DNA of 64,000 nt from a virus (IMGVR_UViG_3300031965_000007:27793-91792), one strand, 5' to 3'. Shown: positions 36,898-47,758, counted from the stretch's first letter. The notes: generated from the letters alone by a model not told the origin. Translations and numbers: made by a program.

Positions 36898-38091
36898 ATG
36901 GCAGACTTCCCAACATACAACGATCTGTTCCGCACCGCACGCGATGAGATGCTGGCAAGGAACACGCGCATTCGGCGCGACATCATTGATCGCGAAGGTA
37001 CTGACGCTAACGCAATCGCAGCGGCAATAGCAGGTGTGGGTGACGAACTGTCTTTGCAACTAGCCAACCTATGCGCAGGCCAGTTCATTGACAGCGCGCG
37101 CGATACCGCTCTTCGCAGGCTGGCGTTTGATAGGTACGGCTTGAGCATCAAGTCGGCTTCTGCGGCTGTAGGGTCTGTTCAGTTTTCCACGACTGCACCG
37201 GCGCCTGTTGCGTTCACTATCCCGGCAGGCACAAAGATCCAAGCAGTCGACGGTAAGCAGTACGTCACGACCGTCGAGACAACCTTTGATCAGGGGTCCG
37301 TAGGACCTCTTTCGGTTGCGGTCAGATCGGTGCTTGCTGGCGTGCAACAAATGGCAAGGCCTGGTTCTCTAACGAACCTTGTCGGCACGATCACGAATGC
37401 GCCAGACGACCTGGCTGTAACCAATGCGCTTGCAACGAGCGGCGGCACAGACGAAGAAGAGATCGACGCCTTTCGAGCGCGTGTGCGCGCGTTCTGGTCA
37501 ACGGTACAGCGCGGCACTCGTTCTGCAGTGCTCGAGGCAGCTCGAGCAACACCAGGTGTCGTCCGCGCAAGCATCTTCGAGAAGATCGACACGTACGGAC
37601 GCCCGGCAGGGCGTGCAGAGATCATCGTAGCAGATCAGTTCACAGACACGTTGGTCAGCACAGCCAGCACTGCTTACGACACGCAAAGCCAGGTGCTCGC
37701 AGACCTTGTCTACGCCAACTTGGACGACGTTCGAGGCCTTGGCGCGCACATCACAGTGACTGTTGGGCAGGTTGTGCTCCAGTCGATCAGGCTAGCGCTC
37801 AACTTCGACGCAGGCTTCGACGTAGACACGACGTCACTTGCTGCGAGATCGGCTGTTGTGACCTACGTAAACGGGTTGCTGCCTGGCCAAACACTTACGA
37901 TCGATGGTATCATTGACACCTTGCGCAATGTGGCAGGCCTCATCGTCACTGGGGATGAAGTAGCTAGCCCCACAGGTTCAGTGATTCCTGATCGCAGACA
38001 AGTGATCAGGACGAGTCTTGCGCTTGTGAGTGTGATCTCGACATCACCAACTAGGGCCATTCAGACCAACACCAATCCAGACTCGGTGTGA
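36898..38091 (+). CDS. baseplate J-like wedge protein
   Basis: A.G.V.F....TIPAGT, VTN..A.SGG.DEE.ID.FR.R, RGT. Confidence 0.9.
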   Translation: MADFPTYNDLFRTARDEMLARNTRIRRDIIDREGTDANAIAAAIAGVGDELSLQLANLCAGQFIDSARDTALRRLAFDRYGLSIKSASAAVGSVQFSTTAPAPVAFTIPAGTKIQAVDGKQYVTTVETTFDQGSVGPLSVAVRSVLAGVQQMARPGSLTNLVGTITNAPDDLAVTNALATSGGTDEEEIDAFRARVRAFWSTVQRGTRSAVLEAARATPGVVRASIFEKIDTYGRPAGRAEIIVADQFTDTLVSTASTAYDTQSQVLADLVYANLDDVRGLGAHITVTVGQVVLQSIRLALNFDAGFDVDTTSLAARSAVVTYVNGLLPGQTLTIDGIIDTLRNVAGLIVTGDEVASPTGSVIPDRRQVIRTSLALVSVISTSPTRAIQTNTNPDSV

Positions 38092-38094
38092 TCT

Positions 38095-39699
38095 ATGACT
38101 TCTTACAATCATGTGATCATCAACGGTGCACCGCGTATCAGCGCGACCGAGGGCTTCTCTCAGCTGTGGGCACTCACTCGTGCGATGAAGAAAGCTGGGT
38201 GGCGGCACAGAGCTTCGTCTGACGGCACAACAAAGACAGTATCTGACGATCCAGCAGACGATCGTTGGGCGTCGACCTTTGGCGTGATCGGTCCTGTTAC
38301 AAACGTAGGTGCCGCAGGCGCTACCATCGCTGCGGCTGTGAATGGCCGAACCCTCGTAAGTGGGCTGACGGGGATCGTATCAACCGCCTATGCTCACGAC
38401 AAAGGCAGGTTTCTGATCGATGTAGCCGCCGGTACAGCGCATCAAATCCTCAAAGTAGTTGATGCAACGAGCTGCTACGTAGACGCAACTGACAGCCCCG
38501 TCACACCGGGCGCAGGCAAGACTTGGGAGATCCGTGATCCCTCGCTCGATACGTACGTCGGGCACTTGAACGGTGTCCGAGGTTGGATCTGCTTTACAGG
38601 TCCTATGACGGTCAAAGTCCCATGCGCTGCAGGTGCAGCTGAGGGCATCTTGATCAACGAGAATGTCACGCAGGAGGCGACAGGCGCGACTGCGAAGCTG
38701 CTCTCGGTTGCGCCTGACGGTACCTACATGGTCCTGTTCCCGAGAGTCAAAGGCACTGGTGCTGGGTACGGCGGCTTCGACCTGTCTGTGATCGCCGGTG
38801 ACGTGTCCGGCATCGAGGTCACGCCTAGTGCAGCACTCAGAGCAATGCAGCTCGAGATGGTGATCGCCAAGGGTGCTACCACTGACAACTACGGCGGAAT
38901 CTGGGGCATGGCTGTCCAGCTGCCAGGCGATACCGATGCGCTATCCACTTTGGCGTCTGCAGCAGGGTGCACTGAGCTGGTAGCGCCCGGTAGCGGCGGA
39001 ACTGGTAATGTCTACCCGGCGCACGCGTTCGCGATCGCGGGTACCCCTAGTGACACAACGAACTATGGTGCGAACCTGATCTTTGGTGGGACGGACATCC
39101 AACCTGCTATGATCGGTTGTGTCGATGCGATCCCGGATGAGGAGATCGTTGCGGACGGGTCTTTCTTCATTGCGTATCGCCCGAAGAGTACGAACGCCAC
39201 TACGGACGCACCGCAAGTCGTGTCGCTGCAATACTGCCTGCCAAACCCAGGCGAAATGTGCAACTACATGGTTTTCGGGAATGGCGGATCAAATGGGTTG
39301 CTTCTTCGAACATCAGCCGGACAGAATAACCAAAACGGGCAGGAAGGCCCTGTAAGCAGCAGTGCTTGGTTCGAGTTCGACACGCCGCGTGAGTTCTACT
39401 CCTCTCGTGCCAACGAAGCTTCGATGACGACCGGGTTCCTTGGTGGGTTGACTAACCCTATGTGGATCACCGAAGACACGATGAGGTTGGTTCCGATCGA
39501 GTTTGGGCCGACCGGTGACCAAGGTTTCGACTCAGAGTTCACAGGATTCAATACAGGGCTCAAGGTCCCATTGTGGTCTTACCGGTCTAGCGGTTACTTC
39601 CACTGGGAAACCCTGCACGTGAATGAGGATGTGAAGGTCATCAACATCAACGCGACCTGGTACATAGGGCCTTGGGATGGATCGTTGGTGACGTCATGA
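38095..39699 (+). CDS. tail/baseplate accessory or fibre protein
   Basis: G/A/T-rich beta protein in the tail module. Confidence 0.65.
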   Translation: MTSYNHVIINGAPRISATEGFSQLWALTRAMKKAGWRHRASSDGTTKTVSDDPADDRWASTFGVIGPVTNVGAAGATIAAAVNGRTLVSGLTGIVSTAYAHDKGRFLIDVAAGTAHQILKVVDATSCYVDATDSPVTPGAGKTWEIRDPSLDTYVGHLNGVRGWICFTGPMTVKVPCAAGAAEGILINENVTQEATGATAKLLSVAPDGTYMVLFPRVKGTGAGYGGFDLSVIAGDVSGIEVTPSAALRAMQLEMVIAKGATTDNYGGIWGMAVQLPGDTDALSTLASAAGCTELVAPGSGGTGNVYPAHAFAIAGTPSDTTNYGANLIFGGTDIQPAMIGCVDAIPDEEIVADGSFFIAYRPKSTNATTDAPQVVSLQYCLPNPGEMCNYMVFGNGGSNGLLLRTSAGQNNQNGQEGPVSSSAWFEFDTPREFYSSRANEASMTTGFLGGLTNPMWITEDTMRLVPIEFGPTGDQGFDSEFTGFNTGLKVPLWSYRSSGYFHWETLHVNEDVKVININATWYIGPWDGSLVTS

Positions 39700-40808
39700 C
39701 AACACGGCTTTACTACAATGCAGCTCGGGCGTGGCGAGGAGCGAACAACCTCGCCAACGGCGCGATGATCGTTTCTGGAAGCCGGTTTCGCGCTGATCCG
39801 AGTTGGAATGCGGGAGGCGACGCAGGTGGTAGCCCTGTGTTTGGGCAGCTGGGCAGACTGTCTCTCTACCCACCGTCGTTCGCAAGCTACGGGATCTACG
39901 GTGGCGACAGTCAGCAGTCGCTGACGAATGCCGCGTTGGAGCCGATTTACTTTCGCGACATGTTCATCTCTGATCCGCTTGATGGTGATCAAACCATCTC
40001 AGGTACGGTCAAGGGTGTGATCATGGCGACCGAGAACACCGGGACGGCTGACGCCTCGTCGTGGTTTCTTGCCTACGTCATCTCGAAGGACGGGACCGTT
40101 CGTCGAGGCACTCTGCGCGCAGGCATAAGCAGCGGCCTTGAGTTTGCTGTTGAGACCACTGCGCAGAGCCGATACTTTCCGCCACCCGGGTCAGCGGTAT
40201 CGTCTGTCAACGCTCTCGACGGCGATCGCATCGTGGTCGAGGTAGGCATACGTACAACGAACGCAGGTTCTGGTAAGGACGCGACCTTACTTTTTACAAC
40301 AGGTGCGACTGATCTCCCAGAGAACCAGACGCAAACGGTTTCGTCCTCTGATTCGACTGCAAAAGGCGCAGCACCGAGGCCGTGGGTAGAGTTCTCTGCT
40401 GACTTGGCGTTCCGACCACAGCAAGCGCTGATCGTCGGTATGCCTACGCAAGAGCCTGCGGCAGGTGCAGGCGCAGCACCAAACGTCGATCCGCCGACTG
40501 TGACTAACATCTCGCCTGCGAGCGGCTCTACCTTGCAACCAAACACGCCGATCATGTTCAAAGTGTCGCATGCACTAGGCGTAGCTGGTGTGAGTGTCAC
40601 GGCTCTCTTGCCGTCAGGTGCGCGAGAGTCGATTTACGAACCTGCGCCTGTCGGTGAATCACCCCTCTCGGCGCTCTACTCTGCGAGCGAGGTGGCTGGT
40701 GTGATCGGCGACGTGGAGCTGACATTCACGTTGCGCCGAAACTCGGGCTGGCCGGCAGACACCAACATTCGCGTGAACGCTGTTGGCGCAAACGGGATCG
40801 CACTCTAA
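39696..40808 (+). CDS. tail-associated protein with C-terminal Ig-like domain
   Basis: GDRIVVEVG; PPTVTNISPA.G..L. Confidence 0.65.
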   Translation: MTTRLYYNAARAWRGANNLANGAMIVSGSRFRADPSWNAGGDAGGSPVFGQLGRLSLYPPSFASYGIYGGDSQQSLTNAALEPIYFRDMFISDPLDGDQTISGTVKGVIMATENTGTADASSWFLAYVISKDGTVRRGTLRAGISSGLEFAVETTAQSRYFPPPGSAVSSVNALDGDRIVVEVGIRTTNAGSGKDATLLFTTGATDLPENQTQTVSSSDSTAKGAAPRPWVEFSADLAFRPQQALIVGMPTQEPAAGAGAAPNVDPPTVTNISPASGSTLQPNTPIMFKVSHALGVAGVSVTALLPSGARESIYEPAPVGESPLSALYSASEVAGVIGDVELTFTLRRNSGWPADTNIRVNAVGANGIAL

Positions 40809-40819
40809 GGAGAAGCAGC

Positions 40820-42076
40820 ATGCCGACAACGCTCTTCTACTACCTCACAACAGACGCCATTTCCTTGCTCTCTGCCGACGCCGGATTTCCAAGAGACGCG
40901 GCAAAGCTCACGTGCGACATCCTGCCCTACAACCAGCAGTTCTTCTTGGATGTGATCGACAGGCTTCTACCCGACGACTACATCGAACCGATCAGACTCA
41001 ACCCAGACTCAGGGTACGAGATCTTCCAAGCGACTGCTAAGGTTGCTGAGCGTCTGTCGCAAGCCATTACTCATGTCGGTTGCGGATTGGTGTCTCTCTA
41101 CGCAGACGATCCTACGTTCGCAACTGTGCCAGTCACCTTCTACCGTGCAGATGATTCCGCAGGTGCAGTCACAGTCAAGGCCAACACACTAGTGAGCGTT
41201 GGCGCAAACGGGAGGTCTTTTCGCACGCTCGAGGACGCGATTTTTGGCGCGAGCGACTTGTCCAAAACCGTGACGGCGCAAGCGATCGCACCTGGGTACG
41301 AGTACAACGTTCCTGGGCAAGGCACGTCTGCTGGTGGCGAGTTGATCGAAGGATCGATTGACACCATCACTGCCATGCTGCAAGACCCTGCATACGGTGA
41401 TCCTACGATCCTCGTAAAGCAACAAGTCGATGCAGCTGGCGGAACTTCCGGCTTCCTCGAAGGGCATGCAGCCAACCGCGGTGTTGTGCGCGCTGAAGGC
41501 GAGACTCCAGATGCGCTGCGACTCCGCATTCGCACCCTGCCGGACACGATCACTCCTGCAGCATTTCGTAGGTTGATCTCGCGTATACTATCTCCGCTAG
41601 GGATCTCGTATACGATCTACGAGACCTGGCAGATCGACTACATGACGTGCTGGGATGCGCCGAGCCCAAACGCAGGCACGCCTACGTACCAAGCAGTGCC
41701 GCCTACCGATCCTGCTTTCAACACCGATCTCTTCGCGTACGACTACCATAGCGACACATACCCGAACCGTTGGCTGTCGATCGACGATTATCGGGGATCG
41801 TTCATCGTCGTGTTCGATCTTGTTACCATTGCCGACACCGGATTCGCGTGGGACGATCCCGGGATTGCGCCAGAGGACTTCTACGACTCGAGCACAGGTA
41901 GGTTCCGAGGCGTGCCTGTTTGGAGCGCGGACAGCGACACGGGTACCTTGTTCCTCGGCGTGCTGGATGGCACCGACACGGCTGTGGGTGCTGCCACCTC
42001 TGCCCTACTCGCTGCACTCAACGAAGCCAAGCTGGCCGGGTTTAGTGCTATCGTCGACTACAACCACGATTGGTGA
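40820..42076 (+). CDS. second baseplate wedge protein with a J-like domain
   Basis: VTVKANT.V....F.T.EDA.F....V.A.A..PG..YN; RG..R..GET...LR.RI. Confidence 0.7.
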   Translation: MPTTLFYYLTTDAISLLSADAGFPRDAAKLTCDILPYNQQFFLDVIDRLLPDDYIEPIRLNPDSGYEIFQATAKVAERLSQAITHVGCGLVSLYADDPTFATVPVTFYRADDSAGAVTVKANTLVSVGANGRSFRTLEDAIFGASDLSKTVTAQAIAPGYEYNVPGQGTSAGGELIEGSIDTITAMLQDPAYGDPTILVKQQVDAAGGTSGFLEGHAANRGVVRAEGETPDALRLRIRTLPDTITPAAFRRLISRILSPLGISYTIYETWQIDYMTCWDAPSPNAGTPTYQAVPPTDPAFNTDLFAYDYHSDTYPNRWLSIDDYRGSFIVVFDLVTIADTGFAWDDPGIAPEDFYDSSTGRFRGVPVWSADSDTGTLFLGVLDGTDTAVGAATSALLAALNEAKLAGFSAIVDYNHDW

Positions 42077-42079
42077 GCC

Positions 42080-43588
42080 ATGAGTTCGACTGACAACTAT
42101 GTGATCAATCCGAGAGAGCGCCCGCTCAGCACAGACGTCACGGCGAAAGACGACCTGATCGTTAGGTCATTCGCTGACGTGATGGGCTTCATGTTTGGGT
42201 CGTGGCTCGATGGCTATGCGCAAGAGAGCGTATCGGTCAACGAGAAGAACCAAGATACGGTCTATTTTGACAGTGTTGTGATGGGGCTGGCAGCAGTACG
42301 GAATGCCGCTGACTCGTCGAAGATCACACTGGCGCCTGGCGTGCTGATCCAAACGAGCGCGACGCTGGCTCCGACACCTGGCCTTCGGGACAGCAAAACG
42401 CGGATCGCTCACAGTCGTGTGGACCTCTCTGTCGACCTGCCGGTTGCGCATTCTGGGTATGCACTGCTCGAGATTCAAGCGGTGCCTGTGATCACAGAGA
42501 ACGCTAGCCGCGACATCGTAAACACGGTTACGGGTCGCTTCGAGGCGACGAACGTCACCAAGCAGATCGAGCTTCGTCTCGCTACACAGTGGGTGCTGGG
42601 CGCAGGCACCATCCCGGCACCCAGCGGCGGCGATTGGGTACCTGTTCTCGCTGCGAACGTTTCGTCAGGACTACTGACAGACAATCGGCGGCTGATCGAT
42701 GTGCGCCCGTTGCCTGCACTGCGGGAAGGCGCCTTCGGTCGACGCACGCACTTCTCTCGCCGCGCTGCGTTCGCTAGGCTAGAGACCGTAGCCATTCCCG
42801 GGACTCCGTCCAGCGACGTCTGGCTCACGGTTGACGAGGCATGGAGCAATCAGTCGAAAGCAGGACAAGGCGGCGGGCTACGCCTGCACAGTCTTGCAAA
42901 CGACGCTCAGCTTCCTGGCGTGGCACTTGCTCAAGATCCAGGCACGACGTTCGCTGCGGACACTTGGTACTACATCTATATCGCGCCTTGGTTCGACTAC
43001 GCGCCGGAAGCGATCTCTACTACGGTGGCGTTCATCCGGCGTGGCGTGGTCGTGATCAGCGATGTTGAGCCTAGGGAAGGCTTCAACAACGGCTTGATCA
43101 CGCTTCCAGGGATCTTCGGCGAGTACGTTGTACCTCTCTATCAGGCTCCATGCGTCGGCGCGCTGTACCGCAATGCCGGAAATGACGGTTGGCAGCCGTG
43201 TGCAGGCCATGCAGGCCATCTCGTTTTCGGCGAAAACAACCTCTTTCCACCTATCCTTGGGTCCAGCTCTGGGGCGGCAGCGACATCGCGCACCGTGTCG
43301 ATCGCTGCTGGGCTACTGCCCAAGTGCGCGAAGACAATCAAGCTTCGCGTGCAGGTGACGTTTGCGACGACGACCGCGTCGGCAACGGGTAAGCTGGTCG
43401 CCGTTCGGTTCGCGTCAGCTTCGAACAACTACCAAGACAGGCGTCTTCAGCACTCAGGTACAGCTGGTGCGCACTCAGTTGATCTCGAGATGGTTGTAAA
43501 AGAAGGCGAGGCTATCGAGGTCTACGCCGAAAGCCCTACTGTCGACCTGACGGACGTCGACGTCTACTTGGTCGGCTACGACATGTGA
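42080..43588 (+). CDS. tail fibre/receptor-binding protein A
   Basis: full-length paralog of 43596-45065. Confidence 0.7.
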   Translation: MSSTDNYVINPRERPLSTDVTAKDDLIVRSFADVMGFMFGSWLDGYAQESVSVNEKNQDTVYFDSVVMGLAAVRNAADSSKITLAPGVLIQTSATLAPTPGLRDSKTRIAHSRVDLSVDLPVAHSGYALLEIQAVPVITENASRDIVNTVTGRFEATNVTKQIELRLATQWVLGAGTIPAPSGGDWVPVLAANVSSGLLTDNRRLIDVRPLPALREGAFGRRTHFSRRAAFARLETVAIPGTPSSDVWLTVDEAWSNQSKAGQGGGLRLHSLANDAQLPGVALAQDPGTTFAADTWYYIYIAPWFDYAPEAISTTVAFIRRGVVVISDVEPREGFNNGLITLPGIFGEYVVPLYQAPCVGALYRNAGNDGWQPCAGHAGHLVFGENNLFPPILGSSSGAAATSRTVSIAAGLLPKCAKTIKLRVQVTFATTTASATGKLVAVRFASASNNYQDRRLQHSGTAGAHSVDLEMVVKEGEAIEVYAESPTVDLTDVDVYLVGYDM

Positions 43589-43595
43589 GGGAATC

Positions 43596-45065
43596 ATGCC
43601 TGGAACAGATCACATTGCAATCACTACGCTCGAAAAGGCGCGATCCCAAGACTTCGTAAATGCCGAAGCCATGTTGGGGCGCGTCCTGGCAGACGTCTTG
43701 CTGCACAGCAACAAGACGCGCCACCAAGGCAGTCCTGCGTCTGTCGGCGCAGAGATCGTTGAGAACCAGGTTCTCGGCCTCCAAGTCACACCTAACGGGT
43801 CAGGTGTAGACATTGGTGTAGGGGCACTGCTGCAAGACAGTGCGTCGCTCTCGCCAGTGCCAGGTACCTATGACAGCTCCTACCGCATCGCGCACAATCG
43901 ATCAGCGCTCACAGTTGCTGCGCCAGCACCTGGTAGCGATACCTACTACCTGCTCGAGGTGCAGATGGTAGAGGACGTCGCAACCGAGTCGCGTAAGGTC
44001 CTGAACACGAGCACCAACACGTTCTCTGATACAGTCGTGGACAAGGTGAAGCTCCGAAAGATCCAGTCTCAGTGGATCGCAGGCTCTGCCACGCAGTACC
44101 CGAACCCGACAGGCGGCAACTGGGTTCCACTCGCTGCCGTATTCCGACCTGGCGGCGGTGGTGCAGTCGACTTCCCTGACATCGTCGACATCAGGCGGTT
44201 GCCTGGAAGCCGCGCTGCGCTCGGTGACCGCTACTGGCCGCAACAAGCCCCGCAAGTCGCGCGCTTCGAGTCGGAGCAGATCCCCGGCGGCGTGTCTGCC
44301 AACGGTGTTCGGTTCTCGGTGCAAGAGGCAACGAGCTGCGACGTGACAACCGGCCAAGATGCCGGCGGCTACAAGATGAATGCGCAGTACGCTGTAGGCG
44401 GTGCGTATCTCGACCTCACAGACGCCTCGGTGATCACACCAGGCCTGTCAATCGTTGCCGACACCTGGTACTACCTCTATCTGTGCCCGTGGAACGGCGC
44501 ATTGCCTGAGTCTGCTTACGGCGATCACCGTGTGCGAGGCGTGCTGGTGTTGTCGGACTCGCGCCCCACGCGCTTTGGGCACAACACAGCAACGATCACC
44601 TTGCCTGCTCCCTGGGGCAACTACGCAGTGCCTGCGCGAGCTGCTTCGTGCATTGGTGCGGTCAAGCGCAAGTCCGACAACTTGGGATGGGGCCCGCAAG
44701 CTGGTGGTGGTGGCTTCCAGGTTCTCCAAGCCCCAAACCACGACCTCGGAAATAGTGCTGCAAGCCCGTTTGTGCTCACGCAGACCGACTATCCAGGCCA
44801 CGCCAAGGTACTACGCATGGCCATTCGCTTGCAGCTGACGGTAGGATCTCCGCAAGAGGTAACGTTTTCTGTTGGCGCACGCCCGACAGGGGCAGGCACA
44901 GCCTGGTCAGACATTCGTGTGACGCGATGGATCGACGCTGTCTTCGACGAAGAGTTCGTTGTTGACGTACCGAACAGCGGCATCCTCGACGTAGCGTGGT
45001 CTCTCTTCACTGGTACAGCTACGTTGGCAGACATCTCGGCTCGCTTGACAGGCTACTTCTACTGA
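43596..45065 (+). CDS. tail fibre/receptor-binding protein B
   Basis: shares ADTWYY.Y..PW, GG.WVP, RIAH.R with previous ORF. Confidence 0.7.
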   Translation: MPGTDHIAITTLEKARSQDFVNAEAMLGRVLADVLLHSNKTRHQGSPASVGAEIVENQVLGLQVTPNGSGVDIGVGALLQDSASLSPVPGTYDSSYRIAHNRSALTVAAPAPGSDTYYLLEVQMVEDVATESRKVLNTSTNTFSDTVVDKVKLRKIQSQWIAGSATQYPNPTGGNWVPLAAVFRPGGGGAVDFPDIVDIRRLPGSRAALGDRYWPQQAPQVARFESEQIPGGVSANGVRFSVQEATSCDVTTGQDAGGYKMNAQYAVGGAYLDLTDASVITPGLSIVADTWYYLYLCPWNGALPESAYGDHRVRGVLVLSDSRPTRFGHNTATITLPAPWGNYAVPARAASCIGAVKRKSDNLGWGPQAGGGGFQVLQAPNHDLGNSAASPFVLTQTDYPGHAKVLRMAIRLQLTVGSPQEVTFSVGARPTGAGTAWSDIRVTRWIDAVFDEEFVVDVPNSGILDVAWSLFTGTATLADISARLTGYFY

Positions 45066-45072
45066 GGCGATC

Positions 45073-46704
45073 ATGACCCAAGCATTGATCACAGTGAATG
45101 GCTCGCCAGGGTCGGATACGGATCTTCCTATCGACACACTGGTGCAGCTCAACAACACAGGCAACGGTGGCGAGAGCACTTACCTATGGACGATTCTAGA
45201 TCAGCCGCCTGGTGCTGCTGACGCGCTAAGCAGCACGTCGATTCAGAATCCTACACTCACGCCTAAGAAAGAAGACTCGTACCTAATCCAACTGATCGTC
45301 AATCAAGGTCTAGCAGACGAACGTGTAGACCGAGTCGTCGTTGCAGTCAGGCGCCTCAAGACTCGTATCCGAGTTCCGGCGGCAGGTGAGACTACTGAGG
45401 TTGACTCTGCAGACGGCTATGCGTCTGACGCCAACGAGATTCTACGGCTTGTTGACACCGTACGTGCTGATCCTGGTCTCGTTGTCGCGCAACTGGCATA
45501 CAATGCCGCGCTTCACGACATCGTACGGTTCACAACTGTTGCGACGATCAAAAGCACTTTGCCTGGCGAAGAGATCATACCAGTCGCTGATCTGGCGGTT
45601 GCGTCAGCTTCGTATGTTCTTGCAGAGGCGCTCGGGATCGTTGTAGGACCTGTGGCAGAAGGCGGCACGATCCTCACAGGTGACCTTGTCTACGTCCGTG
45701 TACACGGTCAGGTAGTAAACGTTAGCTTGGTAGGGATCACTACTGGTGATGTCTTATTCGTCTCAGACGCTGGTCGGCTCGCGCGTGTTGCTGGCACCAA
45801 CGAGCGCGAGATAGCAAAGGCTCTTACCGGCTCTGCTGACGTTGGCAGTGTTCATTTTGGTTTGCGCGCAGGTGTCGCAGCCATCTCGAGCAACCTCTCT
45901 AACGCTACACCTGCAGACATCGGAGCTTCTGCTCCCGGCGTTGCTGGCCTTGCGAGTAGGGACGATCACGTACACGCACACGGAAACCAAGCAGGCGCAT
46001 CGCTACATGCAGTAGCTACACCGTCTGTAGCAGGCTTCATGAGTGCTGCAGACAAAACAGCACTTGACGGCCTTTCAGCTGGTGTTCCAAGCAATACGCC
46101 TCCTGTCAACGTCACGAAGGCGGCTGCGTCCGCAGGTGCCGCGTCCGAAGTTTCGAGACAAGATCACAAACACGACATAACGACAGCAACTGCAGTAGAG
46201 TTGACTGACTCCACGAACGCAGAAGGTGCAGCCACAAGTCTGGCACGCTCTAATCACACGCATGCCCACGGTAATCGGTCTGGTGGATCTCTCCATGCAG
46301 CGGCTGCTGGTGACGTAGGTGGTGCAGGAGCTGCTGGATTTGCGACGGCAGCGCATATCAACGCTCTTGGCGGGTTTCGAGGCGTCAACGCACAGACAGG
46401 GACTGCTTACACAGCAGTCGCTGATGATGCTGGTAAGGTGATCACAAGATCAAACGTCGGGGCTTCGACTCAGTCGATACCAACCAATGCTGTGACGCCT
46501 TACCCGATCGGTACCGTCCTGCCGTTCTTCAACCGCAATGTCGGTGAGGTCACGATCGACGGAGCAGGCACAACTCTTGTGCCTGAAGACGGCAAAACTC
46601 TTGTTATGAGGACACCAAGCACAACAAGTTTCTTCACAGCCGCGTTTGCACTGAAGGTCGACACTAACGAGTGGCTCGTTTACGGGGACCTGGTGCTGGT
46701 ATGA
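45073..46704 (+). CDS. tail/head fibre protein with PKD-like N-terminus and HxH repeats
   Basis: YLWTILDQP.GA; DHVHAHGN, DHKH, NHTHAHGN; C-terminal NAQTGTAYT.V.DDAGKVI. Confidence 0.75.
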   Translation: MTQALITVNGSPGSDTDLPIDTLVQLNNTGNGGESTYLWTILDQPPGAADALSSTSIQNPTLTPKKEDSYLIQLIVNQGLADERVDRVVVAVRRLKTRIRVPAAGETTEVDSADGYASDANEILRLVDTVRADPGLVVAQLAYNAALHDIVRFTTVATIKSTLPGEEIIPVADLAVASASYVLAEALGIVVGPVAEGGTILTGDLVYVRVHGQVVNVSLVGITTGDVLFVSDAGRLARVAGTNEREIAKALTGSADVGSVHFGLRAGVAAISSNLSNATPADIGASAPGVAGLASRDDHVHAHGNQAGASLHAVATPSVAGFMSAADKTALDGLSAGVPSNTPPVNVTKAAASAGAASEVSRQDHKHDITTATAVELTDSTNAEGAATSLARSNHTHAHGNRSGGSLHAAAAGDVGGAGAAGFATAAHINALGGFRGVNAQTGTAYTAVADDAGKVITRSNVGASTQSIPTNAVTPYPIGTVLPFFNRNVGEVTIDGAGTTLVPEDGKTLVMRTPSTTSFFTAAFALKVDTNEWLVYGDLVLV

Positions 46705-47462
46705 CGGCCGGTGCTGCGTCTTCTGGTATCTTCTTGGGGTCCGAGGCTGCAGCCTCGGACCCCATAACCAGCATACCTGGCATGCTTTTCTGGAATGATC
46801 CAGCAGCTACCTACCTAATGAAGGACGGCGCTGAACTCGTATCGAGCTTCACCGAACGCTTCGGTGGCCACATATGGACTGCGAGCGGAACTGAGCGACC
46901 TGAATACGAAGCGAACGCGATCAACGGCCAGCCTGGTCTACGCGTCGTAGGCGCACAGAAGATGGATTGCATCGACGGTCTTGCTGAGCTGCTCAACGTT
47001 TCGCAACCGTACACGTTTGTTTCGATCGCCCAATGGGACGCGACAAACGATACGCAAGTAGTGCTAGGGTGCGGAGATCAGGGCGCTGGCTTTGACCTCA
47101 ACCTTCATTACGTGCAGCTCAACGGCTCACCGCTTTCGATTCAGTACCTGCGCGGAGACGGTGGAAACACTGCGAACAACACTACCGTGCCTGTTGGGAG
47201 CGCACCTGTTCAGCAGGCGTGGATCTATGACGGCACAGCAGCCTCATTCCGCATCCAAGATACGCCCGTCGCTGGTGGCGGCAACACGCGCGTGCCTGTG
47301 TGTGACCTTGCTACGCTGTTCTCGCGTAAAGCATCAGGTGTCTATGGCGCCTATGCCAAAGGAGTTTTTTGCGAGTCCTTTGCCTGGGATCACGAACTCA
47401 CAGCGCCTGAGTGGGATACTGTCAACGCTCGTAACCTTGCGAAATACGGAGTGCCGCCATGA
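46701..47462 (+). CDS. ConA/LamG-like lectin-fold virion protein
   Basis: W.D.......V..........P.Y..NAING.PGL; W...LT..E...V...L.KYG. Confidence 0.7.
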   Translation: MTAGAASSGIFLGSEAAASDPITSIPGMLFWNDPAATYLMKDGAELVSSFTERFGGHIWTASGTERPEYEANAINGQPGLRVVGAQKMDCIDGLAELLNVSQPYTFVSIAQWDATNDTQVVLGCGDQGAGFDLNLHYVQLNGSPLSIQYLRGDGGNTANNTTVPVGSAPVQQAWIYDGTAASFRIQDTPVAGGGNTRVPVCDLATLFSRKASGVYGAYAKGVFCESFAWDHELTAPEWDTVNARNLAKYGVPP

Positions 47463-47758
47463 GATTCGGGGTTTTTACAGCACAAGACTATGCCGAGTTT
47501 TTTGATCGCGCTCTTTTGTCAGAGACACACCGTCGCCCCACAGTGATCGGTCGACGAGCAGGACGAATCTCTGGCACTTATCAGCCTGGCGAGCCTGGTT
47601 GGTTCTTACGCTACTCTGTGTACCTTCAGCGAGACGGCTCAACGGTCGTGGGCGTGACGGATGCGCTCTACACTCGATTACCACCTGGGGACAAGGCGCT
47701 GGTAGCTCTCCTAGGTCCGCCTGACGGCTTTGGCCAAGAGGACATCGTGCCGCTGTGA
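47459..47758 (+). CDS. hypothetical protein
   Basis: GGAG RBS; ATGA overlap. Confidence 0.6.
   Translation: MRFGVFTAQDYAEFFDRALLSETHRRPTVIGRRAGRISGTYQPGEPGWFLRYSVYLQRDGSTVVGVTDALYTRLPPGDKALVALLGPPDGFGQEDIVPL

Noticed and set aside
27317-42076. Tailocin / eCIS / T6SS interpretation
   Set aside because: Terminase, portal, scaffold and capsid genes are present, so this is a complete phage morphogenesis module
42080-47462. Diversity-generating retroelement or invertible fibre cassette
   Set aside because: No reverse transcriptase or invertase, and no near-identical TR/VR repeat seen; the paralogs are anciently diverged
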